This document shows, one piece after another, positions 41,210 through 50,347 of a stretch of 64,000 nt of DNA; the first letter of the stretch is position 1; each line of letters starts with the position of its first letter. Under the pieces are notes generated by a model, which saw only the letters and a program-made list of their open reading frames with translations, ran no database searches and had not been told where the DNA came from. A program made the translations under genes and the position numbers. This stretch comes from Gemmatimonadales bacterium (GTDB lineage Bacteria > Gemmatimonadota > Gemmatimonadetes > Gemmatimonadales > GWC2-71-9), in NCBI GenBank assembly GCA_050733075.1, contig JBOHSD010000002.1, positions 109,553 to 173,552 on the forward strand, in the 5' to 3' direction.

Positions 41210-42346
41210 TCACGGCCTGACCGAGACCCCCACCGAAAGAACGAAGCCTCGCTCGGTGTAGGAGCCTTCCGTGCGCCAGACGTGCTCCAGCGCCAGATCG
41301 ACACCGGCACGCTGCTGGGCGAACCGCAGGCCGCTGCCGGCAGACACTCCGAGCTCGCGCCCTTGCCGCCCCGGCTCCAGGGGGAACGGCAAGCTGGCAT
41401 AACGCGCACCCAGCCGGAGGGGACGGCGGTAGGGCCGCCTGGGATCGGATGTATACTCCGCGCCAACAGCCACTTCGATGGTATTTCGCGCCCCTGTTCC
41501 ACCCAGTGCGAGCAGGTCACTGTTGGCGCCCGACCAGGTACGAAACAGCCCCTGACTGGACAGATCCAGGCTTGGGACAGGCCGCCACCGCACCCCAACA
41601 CCGAAGGTGTAAGGCAAGTCCACCGTGGCGACCCGGATGGAGTCCCGATCCATGTTGACATGGCCGTCGGACCGCACCACTGCCGCGAGCCCGAAATTCG
41701 CCCCGAACTGGCGCAGCAGCCCGGCCGACACGCCTACGCCTGCATATGAAATCTCCGTTCTCTGCCGACTGGAGAGGTAGCTCGGGTCGTCGAACACCCG
41801 CGTGGCGGTGAGCCGGTTGGATCCGGTGATGATATGGAGTCCAGCCCCCACAGACCACTGCGTCCCCAGCCGGTAGGCGCCGGCCAGTCGGACGTCGTTC
41901 AGGCCACCTCGCGAGGCAAGCGTATCGGTCACACCTACGGGCACGCCTCGAAGGTCGAGCGTTCCCGCGGTAGCCAGGGTGAAGTCCCTGCTGGTGTAGT
42001 TCGAGAAGCTGATCCCGAGCGCAGCGGGAAAGGTCCGGATCGGCCCTACGATCATGAACTGGGGAAATCGGGTATCCCGGACCGACGCGCTGCCGGCGGG
42101 ATTCTCGACCCGACGAAAGCTCTGGGTGATGGTAAACCCGCTCGTCAAGGCTGCGGCGGCACTCAGGGCGGCCGGGTTCTGACTCGACTCCGGATCGAAC
42201 AACCCGAAAGCTCCCCCGCTCCCTATGGACCGGACCGAGATCGAGCGCCCGGGGAACCCCAGTCCGCGCACGCCGAATTGCGACGATTGCGCGCCCGCTA
42301 TGACCGGCACCGTGGCCAGGAGAAGAACGAGAAGGACGGGACGCAA
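41210..42346 (-). CDS. Predicted outer-membrane beta-barrel protein (function unknown)
   Basis: Signal peptide MRPVLLVLLLATVPVIAGAQ, then Gly/aromatic-rich alternating strands along 378 aa. Start abuts the upstream lipoprotein stop. Confidence 0.5.
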   Translation of the reverse strand: MRPVLLVLLLATVPVIAGAQSSQFGVRGLGFPGRSISVRSIGSGGAFGLFDPESSQNPAALSAAAALTSGFTITQSFRRVENPAGSASVRDTRFPQFMIVGPIRTFPAALGISFSNYTSRDFTLATAGTLDLRGVPVGVTDTLASRGGLNDVRLAGAYRLGTQWSVGAGLHIITGSNRLTATRVFDDPSYLSSRQRTEISYAGVGVSAGLLRQFGANFGLAAVVRSDGHVNMDRDSIRVATVDLPYTFGVGVRWRPVPSLDLSSQGLFRTWSGANSDLLALGGTGARNTIEVAVGAEYTSDPRRPYRRPLRLGARYASLPFPLEPGRQGRELGVSAGSGLRFAQQRAGVDLALEHVWRTEGSYTERGFVLSVGVSVRP

Positions 42347-43558
42347 CTAGGGATTCTCGAAGGCGAACGAGAGCAGGTAGGTTATCCGAAGCCGCGGCCG
42401 CACCGCTGGATCTGCGGCGCGGGTGGAAAAGAAGACGGGCCTGGTAAAACTCGCCGCCTCGTGATCGGGAGTGAGCGACAGCATAAGCGCTGAAGGCCGA
42501 GCGGCACCCAGCCATAGCTCGACCAGCCGGACCGCATCCACACTGACGAGGCCGGCGCCGATCTCCAGGGTGTCCATCGGAACTCGCCCCGCTGCGGAGC
42601 TAACCGGTGACTTGGCTCCTACGTCCGCCAGCACCGTCTGGGCCTGCAGCCGTGCCGGATCTGTCGGCAGACCGGTAATGGGCGCCACCGGAGTCAGCTC
42701 GAGGGTGGCCCGCACCACAGTCGCTGAATCGAGTATGCGTGACGGAAGGCTGAAGCGGAGCAGCGCCCGGGCGGAGGGCTCCCCACCCACCGCCAGGAGA
42801 GTAGGATCCTCTGGCTGAGGAGGAACCTCGGTTACGAAGGTGTTGAACGCAGCCGCCACCGGAAGGGTCCTGAGCTTCGCGGTGCCGGTGTCGGGGATAT
42901 CCGCGGTCACGTAAGTCGTGAACGTGGCACCGGTGCCGCTGGCCAGCGCCCCCACCCGTATACCGGTCGGCGTGAGCGATGCGATCCGGACGCCTACGGC
43001 GAGTCGTCCGCTGTCAGCCGGCGCTATCTGGAACCGTTCCAGCTCAGCGCCCTGGATGACCGTGCCGATCGGTCCACTGGGTACTGAATCCGGCACCGCG
43101 ATGGTGGCGATGAGACTCTCGGGAACGAATCCGGGGGCGGTGGCCGCGAAAGTGGACGTCGAATCGATCGAGGGCGAGAGCCGGTAAAACAGGACCTGAA
43201 GGCCACCGAGGTTGGAATCTCTCGCAATCATCGTCAAGCTGAGCGCCACGGAATCGATGGTGTAGGCCCGGAGCGTGTCTCGCACGCTCACCGAGTCCAG
43301 CCGCCGGCCAAACCGTACCAGGGTCCGCTCCTCGAAGCCGAGAAGGCCATTGGAGACCAGGAGCGCAGGAGCCGCATGCGGTTGGACGTACCCGCGGAAG
43401 CTGCTATCAGCGCCTATGATAGGGGAAAACACCTCATCAAAGACTTGAGACTGACCGCCGGGACAGAGCGCGGGGCAATCGGCCGGCGCCGTCAGCTTCT
43501 CCTGACAGCCTGCCGAGGTGAGCGCCGCTACCAGGATTCCGGTCATCCTCCACTTCAC
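42347..43558 (-). CDS. Predicted lipoprotein (function unknown)
   Basis: GTG at 43558 (GTGA overlap with the cdd stop) gives MKWRMTGILVAALTSAGC with a good lipobox; alternative ATG at 43546. I recognise no catalytic motif. Confidence 0.5.
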   Translation of the reverse strand: MKWRMTGILVAALTSAGCQEKLTAPADCPALCPGGQSQVFDEVFSPIIGADSSFRGYVQPHAAPALLVSNGLLGFEERTLVRFGRRLDSVSVRDTLRAYTIDSVALSLTMIARDSNLGGLQVLFYRLSPSIDSTSTFAATAPGFVPESLIATIAVPDSVPSGPIGTVIQGAELERFQIAPADSGRLAVGVRIASLTPTGIRVGALASGTGATFTTYVTADIPDTGTAKLRTLPVAAAFNTFVTEVPPQPEDPTLLAVGGEPSARALLRFSLPSRILDSATVVRATLELTPVAPITGLPTDPARLQAQTVLADVGAKSPVSSAAGRVPMDTLEIGAGLVSVDAVRLVELWLGAARPSALMLSLTPDHEAASFTRPVFFSTRAADPAVRPRLRITYLLSFAFENP

Positions 43559-43941
43559 CGAAGCTGCTCCGGGCCGAAGGCGGCCGGCAGCAGATCGGAC
43601 AGTATCCAGCGTAGCGTTCGCTGGGAGCCAACCCCGTCTATCGGAAGGTCCAGACCGAACTCCGCCAGCACCTGCCGACACGCCCCGCAGGGGGCCGCGG
43701 GAGGATCTACGTCGGAAACCACGACTGCGCGGCGAAAGCGGGTTGCCCCGGCGCTCACGGCAGCGAACACGGCGGCACGCTCGGCGCAGATGGTAAGCCC
43801 ATAGGAGGCGTTCTCGACGTTGCACCCGAGGAAAACCTCCCCCTCCGCGCTCTCGAGCGCAGCACCCACCCGAAAGTTCGAGTAGGGCGCATAGGCGCGG
43901 CTTTGAGCGTTTCGCGCGGCCACTACAAGGGAATCAGTCAC
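43555..43941 (-). CDS. cdd: Cytidine deaminase
   Basis: APYSNFRVGAAL...CAERAA...PCGACRQ zinc motifs. GTG start at 43941 gives about 128 aa; the longer ORF would overlap deoB. Confidence 0.85.
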   Translation of the reverse strand: MTDSLVVAARNAQSRAYAPYSNFRVGAALESAEGEVFLGCNVENASYGLTICAERAAVFAAVSAGATRFRRAVVVSDVDPPAAPCGACRQVLAEFGLDLPIDGVGSQRTLRWILSDLLPAAFGPEQLR

Positions 43942-45103
43942 GCCATACCTCGGGAAGAAACGAGGTGCCGGCCGCCAGAGCCGGTACCTCGAGGAACTCG
44001 GCCACCGTCTGGCCGATATCTGCGAATGTGTAGCGGCGGCCCAGGCTCGCCGGACGCACTCGGGGACCCACGACGAGCAGTGGAACCACCTCGCGCGAAT
44101 GATCGGTCGACGGCGTAGTCGGGTCATTGCCGTGATCGGCGGTAAAGATAACGAGGTCATCCTCTCGGACCCCACCGATCAGGCGAGGCAGGACGCGGTC
44201 CAGCTCCAGCAAGCCCCCCTGAAAGCCCGCGACGTCGTTCCGGTGCCCCCAGGTCTGATCAAACTCGATCACATTGGCCAGGAGCAAGCCGCGCTGCATG
44301 CTCCGGAACGCATCCTCGATCAGCGCGTATGCTTCCGCATTGGTCTCGGTATGGATGCTGCTGATGCCGCGACCGGCAAACAGGTCATCCACCTTTCCGA
44401 CACCCACTCGAGGTATCTGCCGTTCGGCCAACCGGTCCAGCAAGGTGGGACCCGGTGGGGCCAGGCTGAAGTCGCGCCGGTGCCCCGTTCGCTTCCAGGT
44501 CCCGGGGCTGCCCACGAACGGCCGCGCTATGATGCGGGACACGGCGTGCTCGCCCCGGCACAACTCCCGGGCAATCGTGCAAGCCTGGTAAAGCTCTGCC
44601 AGGGAGACGGTTTCCTCGTGAGCCGCCACCTGAAACACGCTGTCGGCCGAGGTGTAGACGATCCACTTGCCGGTCCGCCGATGCTCCTCTCCATACTCAT
44701 CCAGCACGGCAGTGCCTGAAGCAGGCTTATTTCCCAGCACCCCACGAGCAGTGCTGCGGGCAAAATCCTCCAGCAGCGAGGCCGGAAAGCCGCGGGGATA
44801 AGTCGGGAATGGCGCCTCGAGAATGAGCCCGCAGATTTCCCAGTGGCCGGCCGTGCTGTCCTTTCCGGGACTGGCGGGCTCACAAACCCCGTGCGCCGCG
44901 CGAGGAGCGGCAACCGGGGCAACTCCTCTGATCTCAGCGCAGCGCCCGAGCCCCAAAGCCTCGAGCCGTGGTAGCGCCAGGCCCCCCACAGCGCGAGCGA
45001 CATTGCCCAGGGTGTTGCTACCCTCGTCTCCGTAAGCCGCGGAGTCGTGGGCGGGACCGATGCCGACGCCGTCCAGGACGATTATGGCCGCCCGCCGTGT
45101 CAT
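43934..45103 (-). CDS. deoB: Phosphopentomutase
   Basis: IIVLDGVGIG...D..GSNTLG.. and FTADHGNDPT motifs. 389 aa. Confidence 0.93.
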   Translation of the reverse strand: MTRRAAIIVLDGVGIGPAHDSAAYGDEGSNTLGNVARAVGGLALPRLEALGLGRCAEIRGVAPVAAPRAAHGVCEPASPGKDSTAGHWEICGLILEAPFPTYPRGFPASLLEDFARSTARGVLGNKPASGTAVLDEYGEEHRRTGKWIVYTSADSVFQVAAHEETVSLAELYQACTIARELCRGEHAVSRIIARPFVGSPGTWKRTGHRRDFSLAPPGPTLLDRLAERQIPRVGVGKVDDLFAGRGISSIHTETNAEAYALIEDAFRSMQRGLLLANVIEFDQTWGHRNDVAGFQGGLLELDRVLPRLIGGVREDDLVIFTADHGNDPTTPSTDHSREVVPLLVVGPRVRPASLGRRYTFADIGQTVAEFLEVPALAAGTSFLPEVWRD

Positions 45104-45267
45104 GCCTTGGGCATGGTCTGGACGAAGCGGAAGCGCAGATCGATCAAGACCTGCGCCAGCTGTCGCCCGTCTTCGACCCGCTCGGCTCTGGGCGGCAGCT
45201 CGCCGCTCAGCGCAGCATCCGCTTGCTGGAAGAGACCAAGCACCAGCGAAGCAAAGTGGGGATTCAT
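45100..45267 (-). CDS. Small 55-aa protein, possibly DUF1844-like (not in the supplied ORF track)
   Basis: Hand translation gives MNPHFASLVLGLFQQADAALSGELPPRAERVEDGRQLAQVLIDLRFRFVQTMPKA. Its ATG overlaps the alr stop and its TGA overlaps the deoB ATG (ATGA at both ends). It fills the whole alr-deoB gap. Confidence 0.5.
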   Translation of the reverse strand: MNPHFASLVLGLFQQADAALSGELPPRAERVEDGRQLAQVLIDLRFRFVQTMPKA

Positions 45268-46355
45268 CCCAAGCTCCCGTAGCGGCGGGCGACCCGGGGC
45301 CCCAGTCGGGTCAGCAGCTCATAGGAGATGGTTCCCGCGGCCTCCGCCTGCCGGTCCAACGGGATCAACCCGCCGAAGACCGTAGCCACGTCTCCAATAG
45401 ACGTTTCGTGCGTCACCGCGGCCATACACATGTCCATGGTGACCGGCCCGACGAGCGGTGCGAGAATGCCGTTCAGCTCTATCTCCCGCCGGAATCGCCG
45501 CTGGGTGTCTTGCGGAGCCGAGCGCGGCAGGCCGTCGGCATACCCGATACTGACAGTGACGATCCTGGTTGGCCGCTCCGCGCGCCAGGTTCCCCCATAG
45601 CCGACCGTGTCGCCCGCGGCGATCGACCTCACAGCAACCACTGTGCCCCTGAGAGCCGCAACCGGGATCGGCGGCTGGGCGCCGGCAGCGCCACCGTACA
45701 GAAAGATGCCGGGCCGGACCAGATCGCCCGCGAACGACTTTCCCTGAAGCGCGGCCGCACTGTTAGCCGCATGGACCAGGGCAGGACGGCTCGGCAGTCC
45801 GCGGAGCACCTCCTGAAATCGATTCCATTGACGCCCGGTCGTGGCCGCATCCGACTCGGCCGCGAGAAAGTGGGTGAACACCCCTTCCCAACTTTCATTG
45901 TGGTCCAGCAGCGTACGCAAGCGTTCTAGGCTGCCGTGATCGTCCCACCGCACGCCCGCGCGGCTCATACCGGTGTCGATCTCGAGGTGGAACGGCCGCC
46001 GGCTTCGCCCCATCCAGGCGTCGAGAGCAGGGACGTCGCCGATGGCGGGACGTAAGCCGAGCTCGAGACAATCGTCGATCCAGGGCGAGACCAGTGGAGT
46101 GACCAGAAGGATTGGCCGGGTGATCCCGGCTGCGCGAAGGGCAGCGGCTTCAGCTACGGATGCGACGCCGAAGCCCCAGGGATCGACCGACTCAAGCGCC
46201 CGGGCCACCTCAACCGCACCTAACCCGTAGCCGTTAGCTTTGACCATCGGCAACAAGCGGCTGCCGCTGACCGTGGCGACCGTGCGCGCGTTGGCGACCA
46301 GCGCACCGAGGTCGACGTCCACCCAGGCACGGGTTGTCTCGGGGGAAAAGGTCAT
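45264..46355 (-). CDS. alr: Alanine racemase
   Basis: AWVDVDL.AL..N......LLPMVKANGYGLG (PLP-lysine motif). Start trimmed to the ATG at 46355. Confidence 0.9.
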   Translation of the reverse strand: MTFSPETTRAWVDVDLGALVANARTVATVSGSRLLPMVKANGYGLGAVEVARALESVDPWGFGVASVAEAAALRAAGITRPILLVTPLVSPWIDDCLELGLRPAIGDVPALDAWMGRSRRPFHLEIDTGMSRAGVRWDDHGSLERLRTLLDHNESWEGVFTHFLAAESDAATTGRQWNRFQEVLRGLPSRPALVHAANSAAALQGKSFAGDLVRPGIFLYGGAAGAQPPIPVAALRGTVVAVRSIAAGDTVGYGGTWRAERPTRIVTVSIGYADGLPRSAPQDTQRRFRREIELNGILAPLVGPVTMDMCMAAVTHETSIGDVATVFGGLIPLDRQAEAAGTISYELLTRLGPRVARRYGSLG

Positions 46356-46394
46356 GGTCGAGCCGGCGGGTATGATATTCGGCACGGGGGATAA

Positions 46395-47165
46395 ATGCAA
46401 GACAATTCAGCGCTTGGACGCGCTATGGCCACCGTGCGCGACCTCCGCGAGCGGTGTCCCTGGGACCGGGCCCAAACCCGGGAAACCTTGCGCCCATACC
46501 TGGTGGAGGAGGTTCTGGAGCTCGACCACGCACTCAGCGAGGGCGAGATAGCCGGGATCCAGGCAGAGTTGAGCGACCTGTTGCTTCACCTGGCCTTCCA
46601 ACTGGTCATCGCGGAGGAATCCAGGGACTTCACCGCGTCCGAGGTAGCCGACGAGCTGGAAGCGAAAATGCGCCGCCGGCATCCTCACCTGTTCGACCTG
46701 GGCCGTGCCGAGCCGTGGGAGCAGATCAAACGCCGGGAGAGCCGGGGACACGTCCTGGCCGGATTGGTACCGACATTGCCTCCCCTCCTGATGGCGTACC
46801 GGCTTCAGGAGCGTGCCGCGTCGGTCGGCTTTGACTGGCCCGACGTAGGGGGGCCGGTCGCCAAGATCCGCGAGGAGCTCGCCGAGGTGGAGGAGGAGTT
46901 GCGCTCCGGCCCCAACGCTCCACCCGCTCCAAGCCAGGAGCTCGCGGACGAGATAGGGGATCTCCTGTTTGCGGTAGTCAACCTGGCCCGGAAGGCGGGT
47001 GTGCAGCCCGGGCCGGCGCTGGATCGGACCAACCGGAAGTTCCGCAACCGATTCGAGGAGATGGAGCTTCTCGCGGCCAGGCGGGGCCTGGATGTCTCGA
47101 CGGCTGGACTGGAGGCGCTGGACCGGCTTTGGAATGAGGTGAAGAGGGTGGATAGTAAACGGTGA
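46395..47165 (+). CDS. mazG: Nucleoside triphosphate pyrophosphohydrolase MazG
   Basis: Tandem MazG domains: CPWDR.QT...L..YL.EE..E and EELGDLLF.VVNLAR. 256 aa. Confidence 0.9.
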   Translation: MQDNSALGRAMATVRDLRERCPWDRAQTRETLRPYLVEEVLELDHALSEGEIAGIQAELSDLLLHLAFQLVIAEESRDFTASEVADELEAKMRRRHPHLFDLGRAEPWEQIKRRESRGHVLAGLVPTLPPLLMAYRLQERAASVGFDWPDVGGPVAKIREELAEVEEELRSGPNAPPAPSQELADEIGDLLFAVVNLARKAGVQPGPALDRTNRKFRNRFEEMELLAARRGLDVSTAGLEALDRLWNEVKRVDSKR

Positions 47166-47255
47166 ACAGTAAACGGTGAACAGTGAACGGTGAACAGTGA
47201 ACGGTGAACAGTAAACGAGGCGCACCCCACCTCCCGTTCACCGTCTACTGTTTAT
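47154..47255. repeat. Heptad-array palindromic element, copy C
   Basis: Nine consecutive RGTRAAC heptads (47154-47216), a loop GAGGCGCACCCCACCTC, then a short inverted arm CCGTTCAC CGTCTAC TGTTTAT followed by GCTTTTG. It contains the mazG stop codon and ends 9 nt before the asnS stop. Confidence 0.8.
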
Positions 47256-47263
47256 GCTTTTGT

Positions 47264-48559
47264 CTAGGGATAAAGACGATGTATCTGTCTGGGGAACGCG
47301 ATCGCCTCGCGAATGTGGGGAATCCCGCAAATCCAGGCCACGGTCCGCTCGATGCCCAGGCCGAAGCCGGAGTGCACGAAGGTCCCGTACTTTCGCAGGT
47401 CCAGATACCAGCGATACACCTCGGGATCGAGCCCTTGCTCCTCGATCCGGGCCAGCAGTTTATCGTAGTTGTCCTCCCGCTGAGACCCGCCGATGATCTC
47501 GCCGTAACCCTCGGGGGCCAGGCAGTCGTTGTTGAGCACTGTCCGGGGGTCCTCCGGGTTCTCCTTCATGTAGAACGCCTTCACTTGCTTGGGGTAGTTG
47601 TAGATGAAGACCGGGCGGTCGTACTCCTTGGCCAGCAGCGTCTCATCGTCACCTCCGAGATCGCTTCCCCAGGTTATATCCGAGCCCAGTGCGTTGAGGC
47701 GATTGACGGCCTCGGTGTAGGAGAGTCGAGGGAACGGAGCCTGGACCCTTTGAAGAGGGGCGGTATCCCGCTCCAGCTCCTGGAGCTCCTGCCTACGGCG
47801 CTCGAGCGACCGGCCCACGATATAGCTTACCAGCTCTTCCTGGAGCCGCATGTTGGCATCGGAGTCGTTGAAGGCAACCTCGGGCTCCACCATCCAGAAC
47901 TCGGTGAGGTGGCGGCGGGTCTTGGATTTCTCTGCCCGGAACGTGGGGCCGAAGCAATAGACTTTGCCCAGCGCTGCGGCAGCCGCTTCCACGTATAGCT
48001 GCCCGGTCTGCGCCAGATAGGCGTTGCCGAGATCGAAGTACTCGGTGGCGAAGAGGCTGCCCGACTCCTCGCCGACCGCGCCGGTGAGGATCGGGGTGTC
48101 TACCAGGACAAATTCCCGTTGGTAGAAAAAATCCCGGATGGCCTGCACCACCTCGTGGCGTACGCGCGCAACCGCGGCCTGGCGCCGGCTGCGGAGCCAG
48201 AGGTGTCTATGTTCGAAGAGGAAAGTCGTCCCATGTTCTTTAGGGGTGATGGGATATTCCGGGCTCGAGCCGAGTAGCTCGATCTCCTTCAGGGCCAGCT
48301 CGTAGCCTCCGGGCGAGCGTGGCTCTTCCCGCACGGCACCAGTCACTGCGACGCTGGCCTCCTGGGTCAGCGTCGCGAAGGTAGCCCAGGTTGATTCGGG
48401 CACCTCCTTCTTGGACAGGACTCCTTGCACATAACCCGATCCGTCCCGCAGAACGATAAATGCGATCTTTCCGCTCGACCGGGTGGTCACCACCCAGCCG
48501 CGGACCGTTACCGTCTCGCCCACGTGCGCGGAGAGCCCGCTGATCTCTACTGCCGCCAT
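47264..48559 (-). CDS. asnS: Asparagine--tRNA ligase
   Basis: OB-fold N-terminus (V.VRGWV...R..GKIAF.VLRDGSG) and class II motifs ([16 protein letters not shown]). 431 aa. Confidence 0.92.
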   Translation of the reverse strand: MAAVEISGLSAHVGETVTVRGWVVTTRSSGKIAFIVLRDGSGYVQGVLSKKEVPESTWATFATLTQEASVAVTGAVREEPRSPGGYELALKEIELLGSSPEYPITPKEHGTTFLFEHRHLWLRSRRQAAVARVRHEVVQAIRDFFYQREFVLVDTPILTGAVGEESGSLFATEYFDLGNAYLAQTGQLYVEAAAAALGKVYCFGPTFRAEKSKTRRHLTEFWMVEPEVAFNDSDANMRLQEELVSYIVGRSLERRRQELQELERDTAPLQRVQAPFPRLSYTEAVNRLNALGSDITWGSDLGGDDETLLAKEYDRPVFIYNYPKQVKAFYMKENPEDPRTVLNNDCLAPEGYGEIIGGSQREDNYDKLLARIEEQGLDPEVYRWYLDLRKYGTFVHSGFGLGIERTVAWICGIPHIREAIAFPRQIHRLYP

Positions 48560-48577
48560 GCCGTATCCAGTGGGAGA

Positions 48578-49651
48578 ATGAGTCGGCGACGAGGAGCGTT
48601 GAGTCTACTTCTGCTCCTGGGAAGCGTCAACGCGGGATGCGTGAATTTTCGTCCGCCACCGACGCCGATCGCTGCCACCGCGGCCGGCAATGCACCCACC
48701 CCGATATGGACCACGCGGGCGGGACGGCGGCTGACGGGTCAGGTCGAGATCCGGGACAACACTCTGTACGGCGGCGGAACCGATCGCAAGGTATACGCCG
48801 TGGATCTCGCCAGCGGTGAAGTTCGCTGGTCCAAACGACTCTCGGGGATGGTAGTGGGGGGCGTGGTCGTGTCCGGCGACACGGTCTACGCCGCCAGCTC
48901 ACGGCCGGAGGGCCGGATCTATGCCCTTCGCCGGGAAGACGGCAAACAGATCTGGCGCACTTCCGCCGAGCCCATCGGGGCACCTCTGGCCCTGGTCCAG
49001 GGAGTGCTCGTGGCCGAAACCCAGCGCGGTAGAGTGGTGGCTTTCGAGCCGGCAACCGGCAAGGTTCGGTGGCGGCAACGGGTAGGTGTGGCTCGGATAC
49101 CGGCCATGCCGGCCGGGCCGGGTGCGCTGGTAGTGGCCACCACGGACTCTCTCTTTCGCATCGCGTTAGCGGATGGAAAGGTCACTCACAAGGCCGCGTC
49201 TCCGGGCACCGTGTTGTCAGCCTGGCTGCCGCACGATGGCGCGCTCCTGGCGGGAACCACGGATTCTCTGGTGATCTCCATCAGCCCTGAAGACCTGCAC
49301 CGGAACTGGACCTTGCAGGTGGACGCCCCGGTGCTCAGCTCCCCGGCCCTGCTCGGCGACACCGTGTTTCTGGCGACCCGTATCGGAACCGTCTACCGTA
49401 TCGAGCCGGATTCCGCGCCCGTCCCGGAGCAGATTGCCGCGCTGGAGTGGCCGGTCACGGCGCCGGTGACGATCCTGGGTACCCAGATTCTCCTGGGTGG
49501 AGCCGATGGAACGATTCGAGCCTTGCGGCCCGATGGCAGCGAGATCTGGCGCGTGCGAGTGTGGCGGCCGGTCGAGCTGAGCCCGATTGCTCTTCCAGAC
49601 GGGCTTCTCGCCATCGGCGGCAACGGTGACCTCCACCGGTACCGCCAGTGA
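48578..49651 (+). CDS. PQQ-like beta-propeller lipoprotein (BamB-like)
   Basis: [21 protein letters not shown] signal/lipobox, then repeated ...G.VYA.D...G...W motifs typical of PQQ-repeat propellers. Confidence 0.65.
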   Translation: MSRRRGALSLLLLLGSVNAGCVNFRPPPTPIAATAAGNAPTPIWTTRAGRRLTGQVEIRDNTLYGGGTDRKVYAVDLASGEVRWSKRLSGMVVGGVVVSGDTVYAASSRPEGRIYALRREDGKQIWRTSAEPIGAPLALVQGVLVAETQRGRVVAFEPATGKVRWRQRVGVARIPAMPAGPGALVVATTDSLFRIALADGKVTHKAASPGTVLSAWLPHDGALLAGTTDSLVISISPEDLHRNWTLQVDAPVLSSPALLGDTVFLATRIGTVYRIEPDSAPVPEQIAALEWPVTAPVTILGTQILLGGADGTIRALRPDGSEIWRVRVWRPVELSPIALPDGLLAIGGNGDLHRYRQ

Positions 49652-50103
49652 CCCGCGGCCTCATCGCCCTGCTGCTTCTCGGTATCGTCGCCGGCCGGGC
49701 CGAGGCCCAGGGCCTCAGTCCGGCGGTCAAGTACGGCAAGTGGGTACTGCTGGCCGGCTCGATAGGAATGAACTATTTGGCGGTCCGGGCTCACAACACC
49801 GCTGAAGATGCGTTCGACGACCTGGAGGCCCACTGCAACGCGGATCGAGCGCGTTGCGACCTGGGACCGGAGGGGAGCTACACCGATCCGGCGAGCGAGG
49901 ATCTCTACCAGGCATCTCTGCGCTACGACCGCCGGGCCCGTTACTGGCTGATCGGTGGTGAGGCGGCACTGGCCGGCGCCGCGGTCCTGTTCATCTGGGA
50001 GCTGGCCCGGCCGAAGGAACGGCCGGACAACATTCCGTTCGAGCCGGAGGTGCGAAGTATAGGGGTTGGGGGAACCGGACTCGGGCTACGGGTAGGGTTT
50101 TAG
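49648..50103 (+). CDS. Small secreted/membrane protein of unknown function
   Basis: Signal peptide (LLLLGIVAGRAEA), a central hydrophobic helix and the C-terminus GLGLRVGF. 4-nt overlap with the BamB-like gene. Confidence 0.45.
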   Translation: MTRGLIALLLLGIVAGRAEAQGLSPAVKYGKWVLLAGSIGMNYLAVRAHNTAEDAFDDLEAHCNADRARCDLGPEGSYTDPASEDLYQASLRYDRRARYWLIGGEAALAGAAVLFIWELARPKERPDNIPFEPEVRSIGVGGTGLGLRVGF

Positions 50104-50131
50104 ATCAGGAACATGATAGATCGCATAAGGT

Positions 50132-50302
50132 CACCACAAAGGCACAGAGGACACAGAGGCAGCGTCATCCATTGATGATCCGGTAGATGCCACTGCGAAG
50201 CAGGCCGGGGCCAAGCCGCCGGTGGACCTCGATGGCGGCACCCAGGATGTCGTGAGTGCTGCAACGAGACGACCCCTCTGTGGCCTCTGTGGCTCGGTGG
50301 TG
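50132..50302. repeat. 28-nt imperfect inverted repeat (24/28) containing tandem CACAGAGG units, bracketing the GxxExxY remnant
   Basis: CACCACAAAGGCACAGAGGACACAGAGG (50132-50159) against the reverse complement of CCTCTGTGGCCTCTGTGGCTCGGTGGTG (50275-50302). Confidence 0.65.
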
Positions 50303-50347
50303 AATCATTGCCAACACTGCCGAGCGCTCTGGCAGCGCACCAGCCAA
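50165..50347 (-). pseudogene. Truncated GxxExxY-family (PD-(D/E)XK-like) gene remnant
   Basis: The ORF encodes ...HHRATEATEG...THDILGAAIEVHRRLGPGLL. This matches the conserved N-terminal half of the family (IIGAAIEVH..LGPGLLE), but it stops about 10 codons later at 60 aa. My recollection is that full-length members are roughly twice that length. Confidence 0.55.
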
